Assembly: GCA_904063045.1 (NCBI GenBank)
Contig: CAJFCJ010000001.1
Span: 1,488,001 to 1,552,000 of the forward strand
Source: Dimorphilus gyrociliatus
Taxonomy: Eukaryota > Animalia > Annelida
Length of the DNA stretch: 64,000 nucleotides
Direction of reading: 5' to 3'
The notes under the pieces were generated by a model. That model was not told the origin of the DNA. It did not search any database and was given only the letters and a program-made list of their open reading frames with translations. A program made the position numbers and the translations under genes. This document shows, one piece after another, positions 36,683 to 49,181 of the stretch. Positions within the stretch are counted from its first letter, which is position 1. Each line of letters opens with the position of its first letter.

Positions 36683-39600
36683 TCAATTTTTAAATGTTGA
36701 GCGACCTTGCAACAGCCCAGAAAATAGGCTATTAGGCTTATTCAATAAAGTTTGAGGTTTATCAAATTCTTTGACGGTTGCCTTATCCATAACTAAAATT
36801 CGATCAGACTTCATAATTGTGTCTAGTCTGTGAGCAATTGTCAATATGGTACGATTATGAAATTCTTCCCTAAGAGTTGAATGAACAATTAGATCCGTTT
36901 CACTATCAACACTAGCAGTGGCCTCGTCTATACAAATAATTTTGGAATCTGTTAATAAAGCTCTCGCCAAACAAAGCAATTGCTTCTCTCCAACGGAAAG
37001 GTTCTTTCCACCTTCACCAACATCGGCAGACAAACCTCCAAGCCTTTTTACAACAGAACTAAGTTGACAACGCTCCAGAACCTCCCAGAGCGAACTATCA
37101 GTCAAGCGTTCTTCCGCGTCCAGATTATCTCTAACTGATGTACTAAAAAGAAATGGGTCCTGAGGTATAATACTTAGTTGTTTTCGTAGTTTCCGTCTAC
37201 TTATGCTAGTTATATCCACATCGTCAATAGTTACGATACCCCTACGAACTTCTAAAAGTCTGTAAAGAATTAAGAAGAGAGACGACTTTCCAGCTCCTGT
37301 CCTTCCCACTATACCTATTTTCTCTCCACTGTTTATAGAAAATGACACATTCTTGATAGCATCCGGCAAGTTGGTTCTGTAATTAGCATAGACACCATCA
37401 AAGTTCAAAGATCCTTGCGAAGGCCAATCTTGGTGAACATCATCTGTCTCAATTGGATCTTGTTCTGCATCAGCATTATCTATATACTGACAGGCTCTCT
37501 CAACAGCAACTAGTTCCTGTTCCGTTTGAGTGAATGAAGTAACGGCTCCACTTAGTATGTTTGTGACTGCTAAAGCATAGGAAAGAGCTAATCCAATTAA
37601 TCCTGGTTGAGAGGATTTCTCTTGGTGCTGTAGAACAGCACATAATGCTACTGAAGTTAACATTGCAACACCTAATAACTGTAATCTAAATCCAAGCCAC
37701 ACAGAGACGGCTGCCATAGATAATCTTCCTTGTTGATTTTTGTCAAGTTTTTCTCTGTTTTCCTCTTGAAACCTTTAGAAGTATAAAAATTATAGCTTAC
37801 AAATTTGAGCATATAATGAAAACAAAGTAAAACCTTGAAACATGACGCATTGCTCTAATTAAACTCAATCCACGTAAAGTTTCGGAAAAGTGAACGTAAA
37901 TAGGAGATAAAGTTACACTTGTAATACGCTTAACTTCCCTCGAAGTATGTCGGTAGTATTTCTAAAAAAAGATAATCAAATGTTTCTGATACTCACGATT
38001 GAAAAATGTAAATAAAAACAACCTGAATTGTATAGTATATTACAGCAATAGGTAAAATAACAACGGCAAACCAAGGTAATCCGTAGCAAGTTATCACAAG
38101 AGTACCGATTAAAGAGAAAATTTGCGCCAAGAGAATATTCGCAATAAATGGTAAACTATCGTCTATCGAATAGATGTCAGAGGAGAAACGATTTATTATC
38201 CGACCGACGGGAGTTGTGTCGAAAAAGTTTATCGATGCCTGTGTAATAGTTATTTTTAAAAGCTATACATTTAATCAAAATACTATACCGCTAATATACT
38301 CTTTAGTAGACGATTGTGCAATACTCTTGCGGCTTGAATACCACCATATGCGAATAGAAACGCTCTGGCAAGCGTAAATAGAGTATTAAATCCAGCTAAT
38401 ATTCCATATATGGTTAGATAGAATTTTACATTTGCATGCGTTTCGTTTCCATGCTTCTCCAAGTCATTTCTCAAGTAATAAAAGTTACTAGTTCTGGGAC
38501 ATATTTGTTTATATTGATAAAGATTACTTAATTAATAATTATTAAACTTTTTGTAACAACCTATAGACGTCATGAGGCAATCCAGACGCTAAGAGATATA
38601 GAGTACTTTTATCTTCCTTAATTCTATTTTCGTGAAAAGGAGAGATACTATCCGTATCATTGCCTTTAGTATGCGTAACCCAATACGAAAGCCACCAATC
38701 ATTGACATTCTTTGATGCTTCAGAAAAGGAATATACATTAAGCTTTCATGAGAATCTATCTTATCGAAATTATCATGTAGAATACCTTGCATAAGGAATA
38801 GTGATAGCATAACGAAAGATGCTAATATAGTACCAACTGCCTTCCAATATTGAAAATAAACTGAAAGACGAACAGTTCCCTTTTCTTTGACTTCCTCTTT
38901 AACTAGAATGCCATTCTCCTTGTTGTTTTGCATATTTCCGTAGTTTGCATTATGCGTATTCTTGCAAACTGTCGAAGAGGGAATAGCTGTTTGATCTTGT
39001 AGCACATCGCAAGGTCTTCCTAAAAGCGACATGCATGAAATATAATTGGGAGGTTTTTTTTTTAATAAAACAAATTAAAGATAACATTACCAATTTTATC
39101 GATCTTTCCATCTTTCATTACTATAACCACATCAGCATTGCGTAAAAATTTTGTATGATGAGTACTCAAAAATCTTGTTTTGCCAGATAATAATCCCATT
39201 AAACAACTTGAATATATATGTTTAGCAACATGAGAATCGACTGCTGCAAATGGGTCATCCATGAAAATTACGTCTTTATTTTGATAAATAGCTCTGGCAA
39301 GGGATATGCGTGCCTTTTGTCCTCCACTTAACGTTACGCCGTTTTCTCCAATTTCTGTTTCATCGCCAGCTGGTAGTATCTGTATAATATATTCAATTTA
39401 AAAAGACAACTCTTTCATATAGCACCTAAATTTACTTCGAGATCGGGAAGAAGAGCGCAAGAATCGAGAACTCTGTGATAGAATCGATCGTCCAACTCAT
39501 TCCCGAATAAGATGTTTTGTTGTACAGTACCGTGCTGAATCCAAGCTTCCTGAGTTTGCAATGATATCCCATTAATATCGGGTGAAAAAGACAAATGACC

Positions 39601-41886
39601 TTTGATCATTTCCATTTCCCCTAATATAGCTGAGAATAAGGATGATTTACCGCAGCCAACTGGTCCAGTTAAACCAACAAAACTTCCCTGTTAGAATGCA
39701 GAAAGCGCTCAATAAAATTCTATAAAAAAAAGGATAAAGAATAACATACTTTTTTAATGTTTAGTGAAATATCTCTGAGTTTTAATAGGGTCTCTTCTTC
39801 TTCTGTAGGCTTATTCCATATGAATGTTGCATTATCAACTGATATAATATCTGTCGAATCTAATGCAAATATAACAAACAATTACATTAATTAAGATTGG
39901 TATTTATTTAATAATAATACCATTGTGCTTTGAATTGTAGTGATTGTTCCAATTTTTCTCTTCTAAATCATCATACTGTTGAACTCTTTTCAGGGATACC
40001 CAAGCTTCCATTAAACCATTCAACACCCAGGGAAATGCGTTTAATGGACTAATTAACATATTAAACAAAGCTAAGCTTGTAAAAACCTATTTTTAAAATG
40101 TATTTAAATATTTAGATGAAAAGCAAGAATAGAATAATTTAACAAGACTAAATACCCTAGCGGCTGTCAGCTCATGACCGGATATAGCATAAGTTGTAAA
40201 TGTTAGAATAGAAATTAAAACTGGTGTTGTTGCCCAAAAATAAACGCAAAAAGCATCCAAGTATTTCCTCCCCTTTAGGCTCTTTAATTCCTTTGATCGT
40301 AAATTATTAATTTTATCTGAGAAAATATCCTCCCAAGCATAGAATTTAATTATTCGAATACCGTGTAAAATTTCAGACATCAACTAAATAGTTGTAAACA
40401 TAAGAAATAATTATATAATAGTCTATATTATAGAATTTAATACAACCTTTACTCTTGCGTCCTTATGATTCATCATATCGTTACTTAATCTTCCTATGGC
40501 ATTGGCTAAATATCTGTTGATAGGTATCAATAAAATGGCGAAAGCTAAACCTGCCAGAAAGGAAACTCCAACTTGTAGATATAAAAGCCATAGCGAAACA
40601 GCGATTTGGAAGGGTAAACTCCAAAATTGATGAAAACTTATACAAAAGTTGACTATTCTATCCACATCTGTACTCATATAATTAACTATTTGACCAGTGT
40701 TGAATTTGGATAGTGAAACTGTTGAAGTTTTTAAAGATTTTGCATAAATTGAAGATATCAATGAAGCTCTCATTTTTAGTGACACAACGGTAACAAGATA
40801 ATTAAAATGACTTGTTAATAAGGCGGTAAGGAAGGCCGTAATGAACAACCCCGCAGCGTAGATATAGCCATGCCATCTGGGTTCATTTGGTTTTTCCATG
40901 AAAATCACTAACCAGTTTAAAAGAAGAGGACCCAAAAAGCCCAGCGCGTCTGCAAAAAATTTTAATAAACCTAATGGGTAAAACTCTTTGCCAAAAGTAC
41001 GATTTAGGTTGGACAGAAGGGATCTTTTATCGTTATTTCTTCCCCTACTATTTTCCTTAAAGTACTCCTCCACATAAGATGCAGTCATCTTTTCCGGAAG
41101 GTCAAATAAGTTTTCCGAGTTGTCAATTTTCTTTGAAGCCCCTCGAGCCATTAAAGATTGAACCCAGTGAAACGTTAATCTGCTAATTACTGAGCAATTT
41201 TCTTCCGCTCTCCCGAGGGGAGCAAGAGGTCTTTCTAGCACCATAGTACAAATATCATTGTCATTATCGAAATAACTTGTTTCACTGTCATTAAGTATAC
41301 GGACTTGTATTCCAGAGCTAATTGAGGGTCTTTGACACGGTATCAGAGTCAAAATATATATTGCAATTAAGGACGCTTGCACATAAGAAATATACCGTTC
41401 AACGATTGTAAAACTGTCAGTTTCCTTTAATACGCTTCTAAGTTTAATTACGTAAAAGGCACACTTTAAAATAATTCCTATCGTTATTATAAATGGTCCA
41501 CTGATCTTCAATCTATAATATCTTCTTAATTTCCATACAAACAAACTATGAAGACACCAAGTAACACAGCTGATTGTTGAAGAAATCATTGAAATCAATG
41601 GACTATTAATTTTCAAATAAAATTTAAGCAATAGAGTGTTAATTAGAGGACATATAAATAGTCCCATCGATATATAAAAGCGAATGTGAAGAGTTGGACT
41701 GCAGGGTATGATTCCTCTCACTGCTGTTCCATAGTTTTTGCCAAGATGAAATGCAGTTATAATCAAGATGAAGAAGCTTGTTGGCAAATTAAAAGCCATT
41801 TGTTCAAAACATTTTCCAAAATCGTCACCTTTCCAAACAGTAAATTTCGAACTGTTTCCACACAAGGCTTCCCAGTCCCAACTCAT
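36683..41886 (-). CDS. ABCC10: ABCC10/MRP7 ABC transporter, multi-exon
   Basis: TMD0 (MSWDWEALCG), two ABC transmembrane domains, NBD1 (GPVGCGKSS, LSGGQKARI, MDDPFAAVD) and NBD2 (GRTGAGKSS, LSVGEKQLLCLARAL, IDEATASVD). The YYLTIYG and WLGFRLQLLG segments fit ABCC10. Confidence 0.93.
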
Positions 41887-42930
41887 GATTAATAAACATG
41901 TGCTGAGAGTTAATCGAAAAGTAAATATAAATAAAATCAAATCACTGGTATTTAACTCAACCAGTTATCTCTCATTTTTTTTGTATTTTCTTGAATAGAA
42001 TTCAATAAATATAAATAACACATTATTTGCTGTCCACAGTTTCTTTTATATTAGCCCTTTTATTATGACATTAAAAAAGTTGCATTGAGTGAATCTTATG
42101 AACGGAAGTAGATAAATTTTACTAGTATAAACTGGTATTTATTTTTACGCTCTCAAATAAATAATATTTAGGAATATTCATAATTTATTTGCACAACACA
42201 CGTAATCAATAAGTTAAAATCATAAACTTTGTGTTATATAATACAAATAAATCTATGTGTGAAAGTTTTTAATATGAATAAGTTCTTGGAATTTTTCTTA
42301 TTATCGTTCTATTGAAAATTCAAAATCTATTATTTCAATAATTAATTAATGAAAAGACTATTAGCAAAAGAAATACTTTTGTTTATACTGAACTAGAAAT
42401 AAATAGAATTTATTAATACTTTTTTTATGAATTTTACGATCGTTAATGAATTTTGATGAACGACTAGAAAGATGACAAAAGGTGACAACAGAGCTCTCCA
42501 GGACTAGACTTTGGATTACTTTATAAGAGTGAAATATAAATATGCAAATTTGTCTTTCAATACCTGCGGAAATCCTGATAAAAGAATAAATCTGCTTAAT
42601 AAAAGTTGTTTTTATGTTACGAACTCAGGTCGTTCCATGACAATTAACCCATTGAAGTATAATTTATTGAACAATGCAGAGACTTTTCTAGGCTATAGTT
42701 AGTACACTTTTGATAAACCTATCTTCTTTTGTTGCTAACTTACTAGAAATTCTATATAATACCGAAAAATCATTATTCTATGAATGCAGTAATATGGAAT
42801 AAATTGATTTTAGTCAAGATTTTGGGCGTCTTATCTCAAACAGATTAATACAGTTTGCGATTTTGTTCACCTTCATTTTCGTTCAATCGTTGCTAAGCGC
42901 ATATAAAAATTTTAGTTTTATACTTTCAAA

Positions 42931-44222
42931 ATGGCGGGAAGAGGTAGAGGTAGAGGCAGAGGAGCTCCTTTTAACGTCCAATTTGATGATGCTGGTCAGA
43001 AGTCAATTGATCAGTATTGGATGTATACAAGGTTTGTATTTATTCTCGATTATTGTATTCTTTACAATCAAATCTTCGCGGGAGTATCTTGTTTCTTTAA
43101 ATAGAATATGTAATAAAATTTCTTTGAAGAGGGCGTGGAGGGATTGAGTAATTGAATATGAAAGTTAACTTTACTTTTTAGATTGGTTGGCGGTGATATG
43201 TACGATGAAGAAGGACGCGAAAAATTAATGTCAGAAGAAGAATTATGCAAATATATGAAAGAAAAGCTACCACAAAGATTGGAAAATCGTTTATTTGTTA
43301 GTTGGTCGTCATCAACGGGAATGGATTGTAAGGAAGTTGGACCAGAAACGCCTTGCTTTTGTCAACATCGCTTCAAACAACACAAAACAGACTTTGATAA
43401 AATTCCAACAGAAAGGCCAATCCTATTACCCTGTAGGGTAAAAAACTGCAAATGTGCTGCTTACCACTATGTGCCAATGTCTGGTGGACAGACAATTAGA
43501 TGCTCGGCATGTAAGCATCCTGCTGCAGAACATTCTGAAAAAGAACCATATCCCTGTAAAAAGCCAAATTGTCAAAAATGTCCAGGATTTAAGGTTCAAA
43601 TCATTATTTATATTAATTTATAAATTGACTTAGTAACATTCTATTTTAATAGAGTTCATATTCATGCGGTTGTGGCGAACCATATTATAATCATGGTATG
43701 ACCGTCGAGACAAAATCTGAACGATTAGCTAGAGGCCATCCAGTTGGCCAGGATGTTCCATTTGCCGCTATGGGAGGTTTAACTGGATTTTCATCTAATT
43801 TGGAAGGTTACCAAAGAATGGATCCAAGCGGAAGAGGAGCACCAAATAAAGAATTCTTAGATCAGGATATTACGTGCCAAGATGACGCATATTTGAGAGC
43901 TCATGTAAACAGCCTTCAAGCAAAACGAAATGCCAACATGCTGGTTGATGATCTTGGAGGAGAGATCGAAGAACAAGAGTCGGCCATGAAGAGAGAAGGA
44001 GAAACCGATCTGGAATTTTTTGAAAGAAGATACAAAGAAAGAAGAAAGCGAGAACTATGGAACATTGCTCCAGTGGATCCATCATCCCAATCAATAACAA
44101 CGGGAGTTAGACATCAAAGAGCCAGCGAAATCCAGGTTGGAGATATTATGCCTGGCCCTAATCCAACTGGAAGAAACCCGCCAAAGTCAGCAAGAGGAAG
44201 AGGAAGAGGAGTAAAGAAATGA
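42931..44222 (+). CDS. FAM221A: FAM221A-like Cys/His-rich protein
   Basis: RLENRLFVSW..GMDCKEVGPETPCFCQHRFKQHKT, and VETKSERLARGHPVGQDVPFAAMGGLTGFSS. Confidence 0.9.
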
Positions 44223-44588
44223 AAATTACACAAGATCAAAAATTTCAATAAATTTTTCCACATTTATTGTCTCTAAGAAAAATAAACACTTGACAACTGA
44301 AATGAATTCAAAATAAAACTGATCTTTCGTTTAAGATTATCAACACGTTTTAAACTAACTTTAAAAGTTATGATCAGTCTGATATAAAAAACGAAGTTTG
44401 CTTAGCCTTTCTCTATTGCAATAATTTAATTATTTTGTGTTTTTTACAAAGGAATAAGTTAAGAATTTTTAAATACTCTTATTTAAACAATACTTTAGAG
44501 TATTATTCAGTGCGGGGCTTATCTGTCTTTTGCTAAACCAGTTTATTTGTTAATGAAATTTCCAAGATCAAATTTTCTCTAGCTAATT

Positions 44589-44960
44589 ATGTCTATGTTT
44601 GCGAAAGCAGTCTCGATATGTCGCAGCTTTAGCAGTTATATCTTCACGACAAATGTACCACACAGGTTAAAAGCTTTTAACTAACCTCTATTTCGAATCT
44701 GAGCGATAATATAGTATTTTACTTTCAGAACGCACATTACCGGTACACTTTCTGGATTTCTACAACCACAGTCGTGTCAAACTACACAAAGTAGGACAGT
44801 GGTTAGAAAACACTACAAAATAAATATGCGGAAAAGATTGAGCAAGTACAGCATTGAAACTAGACTTCAAACAGTAAATGGAAGAAAAACTTTATTAAGA
44901 CGCCTGATTAAAGGTCGTTGGGTTTTAGCTTTTAATACTGGAAAATACAAACACAACTAA
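44589..44960 (+). CDS. MRPL34: Mitochondrial ribosomal protein bL34m; 2 exons (44589-44665, 44729-44960); absent from the ORF track
   Basis: Presequence-like MSMFAKAVSICRSFSS, then KHYKINMRKRLSKYSIETRLQTVNGRKTLLRRLIKGRWVLA. This fits the L34 pattern KR..RL.T..G...LRR..KGR..L. Splice phases are compatible. Confidence 0.85.
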
Positions 44961-45005
44961 TATCAATTAAATCAATAGTATTTCGTCCTGATGAGAAAGT
45001 AGTTG

Positions 45006-46670
45006 CTATTCATAATAAGTCTTCGCTTCCAGAGAATCCTCGCCACGCAACATTTCAGGAGTTGGTTCAAATAGAAATGCTAGCTTTATTTTAGAGTCCT
45101 CAGTCATCCTAGAAAATAATATTTTCAATCATCATTTATTAATATATTCGCTTACTTTATTATATCATTCTTGCAAGCACGTTTCAAACTCTCAGCAAAA
45201 TCGGAAGCATCATAAATGTCCGGATGGAAGTCATTCATATAGCTTCTGATTTCTTCTTGAACAGCAATGCAAGGTTTATGAGTGGCAACGATAGCATTAA
45301 TTATTTTTCCTTCAAGTGTTTGATCTATAGAATAATCATAATTTGTCAACCGTCAAAGTTTCAATTTTCAACTGACCTTCTTCGGGGCTAAATTCTGAAA
45401 CAGCCAGTTCGTACTTGTTTCCTTTCTTTCGTGCTTTGTCATCTTTGACTAAGCGAGCAAGAGCTTTCTCAATGCTAAGAAAAACAATACATTTTTTCTT
45501 GAAAAAAAATTATTTAAAATACTTACTCTGATTGACTTGTAATTCCATATCGTTTTTTCATGAAATTCACAATATCTAGTAACAAGGCTATTTTTGGTTC
45601 ACTTTGGAAAATTAAAGCTAGAGGTAAAATTTCCTCCATTGACTTGGGTTGTGAATGAATGATTCTACCCTGGTATTCATTGAATTTGACAACTGAAAAA
45701 TATTATTTTTAACCACAATGAAGAATAGCTATTGTTACTTACTGTCAACAGTATCATTAGCACCATCTGATTCTTCTGAAACGCTGGATACATGATTAGT
45801 GGTGTTATTATCATCGGCATTTCCATTGATTTGTTTAATGGGAGACTTAGAAACAATGATTTCATCAGATGATACATCGCTTGGTACTTCTGGCTTCATT
45901 GGCTTTGGTTTTGCCCTTGTAGAAATTCGAGAATTGGATGCTGACTTATTTGACGTTTGTGGTGAAAATTTTCGCCCCTTCTTCTGTTGAACGCTTGATA
46001 AAGTTGAATCTGAATCACTATCTGAAATGACACGCTTTTGAGCACTCTGCCGTCTTGCTTTTGATCTACAGTTTTTAGATATAACTTCAGAGTCTGTCGT
46101 TAAACTCTTAGTTAAATTATTTGAGGATTTTGTAGACACATTAATGGAGTTTTCTTCAAAATCTTCTTCAAGTGTAAGATTCATATTATCAGTTTCTCTA
46201 AATTTAATAAGTTTGAAGTGACCTTTTGTTCCAAATCCTTTACACTATTAAAATTATTCAAATGTTTACAAGCAAATTCACTATTTATTGAAAACTATTG
46301 TTTACCTGCAGAATGAGACGTCGACAAACAGCCTCGGACAAAGCTAACAAAAGTCGTTCTTTTTGGGAATCACTCTTCGATAGATTTAAAAATTCGGAGT
46401 TCTCATCAATAGTTGTTGCAATATCATTAAAAGATGGTGTTTGCTGTACAATATAATAAGTTACGAAACTGAGATATTTAGATTTTTGCAACTTACATTT
46501 CCTTTATTGCGTAAATATTCACAAGCACATAGTACTAAGTCAACCCATGAGAGTAGGTTAACTTCTTTTTGAACGACGACACGAGATAAGCAAATATTGC
46601 TTTTTGAAAGACTGCAAGATTTGTCCTGTATAGAACTTCCATCCATAGTTCCATTCTCAGTCTTGTCCAT
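45006..46670 (-). CDS. HP1BP3: HP1BP3-like protein with three linker-histone H15 globular domains; start codon uncertain (46670, or an upstream exon from 46973)
   Basis: Domain 1 ends LILQCKGFGTKGHFKL (H1 KG.G..G.FKL wing). Domain 2: SMEEILPLALIFQSEPK. Domain 3: TLEGKIINAIVATHKP..EIRSYMNDFHP..SLKRACKN, followed by KLAFLFEPTPEML. Confidence 0.7.
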
Positions 46671-47842
46671 TTTCTGTAGTTGACGAAATGAATTAGCCAC
46701 CACGCTTTTGGCGGGAGAATGTTTTACAATATTGGTATATTACGCAAGCGTTTTATTCAAACTATTTAATTTTTATTACTCAATGCCACTTATTATTAGC
46801 AAGAATTTACATGTAAATTCATATATTATGCATAATATAAGATATTTACTTGGGCTAAATTACCTATTACTGAAGAAGTAGTTGAAAACGAGACCGGATA
46901 TTCGGGTAAAAAATACCTTTTTTTCCAGTACTAGCCTTTGATGAACGTGAAGCTTACAACCGCTTCTCTTCATATAGTTTGATAAATTAATTTTAGCATT
47001 TGGTTCTATTCAGGCTATTTGTATCAGATATTTGAAATTTAAAATTTTACTGGACGATATGTGTTGTAACAATGGCCATGCGGAGTTGTTGATGATTGTT
47101 TTTTTTTATCTCAAACTAATAATATACACTTATAAATATATCTTTTGAAAGATATATTTTATAGAAAAGAGATATTTTAGGTCTTTATGTCTCTAGGCTT
47201 TCATTTTAATAGTAAAAGTTAGGGACATTTTTAGTTTTTCACATATAACAGTAGAAAATTTGAGTGAAGTTGTCGTATAATCATTTGATTCGCTTTCCAC
47301 TACCAAATAAATACTCGTAGGTTATATGGTCACTTGCTTACCTTTTATTAACTTTTAGTAGTTAACAGCTATGCTAAGAGGCCTTTTCTGGGTTCAAAAT
47401 GGGTCTATTCAACGTCTATGATGGTATAAACTGGTTCTAAAATTTTAGAGTGGAACCAGTTTAATTTATATCATGACTTAAATTTGTTACGAAACTAACT
47501 TTAGTACTCTTTAGTATATTGTATAAAAAATATATTCACAATGCATTTCATTTACAAGCAAGAAGCACTTAAAGTTGAACCTAAGACGAATTTTCTCTTA
47601 ATCTTTTAAGTTGTTGAACTTTTAGATGAACTCTTTAAAAACTTCAATAATCTATTAAAGAAACTTTATGGAAAATTTGTTGTTAAAACCTAAAATCTTA
47701 AATGTATTCATTTTCTAAGATGACAAAACATTAGATTAATTCTTTTTAATTGTTTGTTTATTAATATAGTAAAATTTAGTCAGTCATTTATTTTGCAGAA
47801 TTTGAATATTTCTCCATTATTCGCAACTTTTTGTTGAAATGG

Positions 47843-48508
47843 TTAAGCTCTTGAGAATTCTCGAGTAGATATTTTGTCGTTAGATTTCGATACCTACAAA
47901 TATATTATAAATACAATTATATATATATATATATATATAATAAAAACTCACGACAACAAGTTTGTCATCTACAACTTTTATTTCATTTGTCAGTACTTTA
48001 TCATCTTCAGTAACTTCTTTTACAATCAAAGTTCCATCAGTTTGTTCCATGGAACGCTAAATGTTTGTTATTATATGTATATATTTTTTTACTAATAAGA
48101 TAAATAAAAGTGATCTCTTACTGTTATTTGTCTACCATCAAGCGAGTTACATTGCTCGCTTTCCCCCAATTTTCCGCCTACTTTATGCACTTCATTTCCA
48201 TCTTGAGATAAAATGTATTCAACCGAATCTCCCTTTTTTTGTTTGTTTTAAATGATTTATAAAGCTAAGATTTAAAAAATACTGTATTCACCTCAATCTT
48301 ATATTCAAATGTTATATTATCTCCTTTCGTTGTTTCTTTGAGTCTATTGATAGCTTCTTCACTATAACCTATAAAACAAAAATATTATCTTGAAAGGTTC
48401 TTACGAGATTAGAGATGTTCTCCATTTAAAAGTACCTGCTTCAAGCAGTACGGCAACGAAACTCTCATCTATTTGTTGCATAGACCACTTTCCATTTAAA
48501 CTTTCCAT
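47843..48508 (-). CDS. Fatty-acid-binding protein (calycin), ~138 aa, 5 coding exons; absent from the ORF track
   Basis: MESLNGKWSMQQIDESFVAVLLEAG..KLGESEQCNSLDGRQIT..VVDDKLVV..STREFSRA*. All introns are GT-AG, and three of the four sit at typical FABP positions. Confidence 0.8.
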
Positions 48509-49181
48509 TGTTGATTTGATTAGAGAGCAAACAGACTTTTGAAATATGTGAGTGAATACATCGTATTTATACTGATCCGTTGCGTGAAATTGTAGTGTTT
48601 GTATACATAAAATCTGCGTGTTATGTTTATTAAGGCGTATAAGTTCTAAAGCACGTTATATTATCCTTTTATTGTCCGTCCTTAGGGAATGTTTATTTTT
48701 TAGACAGAGAACTTTTTGAACTTTATTAACAAAAAATACGGCATCGATAACTCGTTTTTATTAAGAAATCTAGAAAAATGATGAAATCTTACACTCCAAT
48801 AGTTTAAAGTTTGGCCTAAGCTATAATAGTTTGTAATATGAATTGTAATTTTCCATTGGACAACGAAAAAAAGATGTATTATTACTTTTATTAAATAATT
48901 AATTTTAGTAAGTAATCCTTGTTTATTAATTAGTTAATCAACTAATTGTTTATTGAATTATTCATTTACATAATGTTTATAAGATAAAATACAAATGAAT
49001 ATCTCTTATATAAGATTTTTATTTATATTACAAAATACTATCGGTGGGTTATTTTTTCAAAATGTTCATTTTCCTTTTCAAGATCTATTCAACTAGAAAC
49101 AAAACTTTCAAAATACTTTCATATTTTTCTCCATTTTAACAGATAAATATATAAATAAACAATAAAAACAAAGGGATTTTG

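Noticed and set aside
42440-42702. Short ORF and splice signals between ABCC10 and FAM221A
   Set aside because: More simply explained as ABCC10 5' UTR exons, since an acceptor precedes the ABCC10 ATG.
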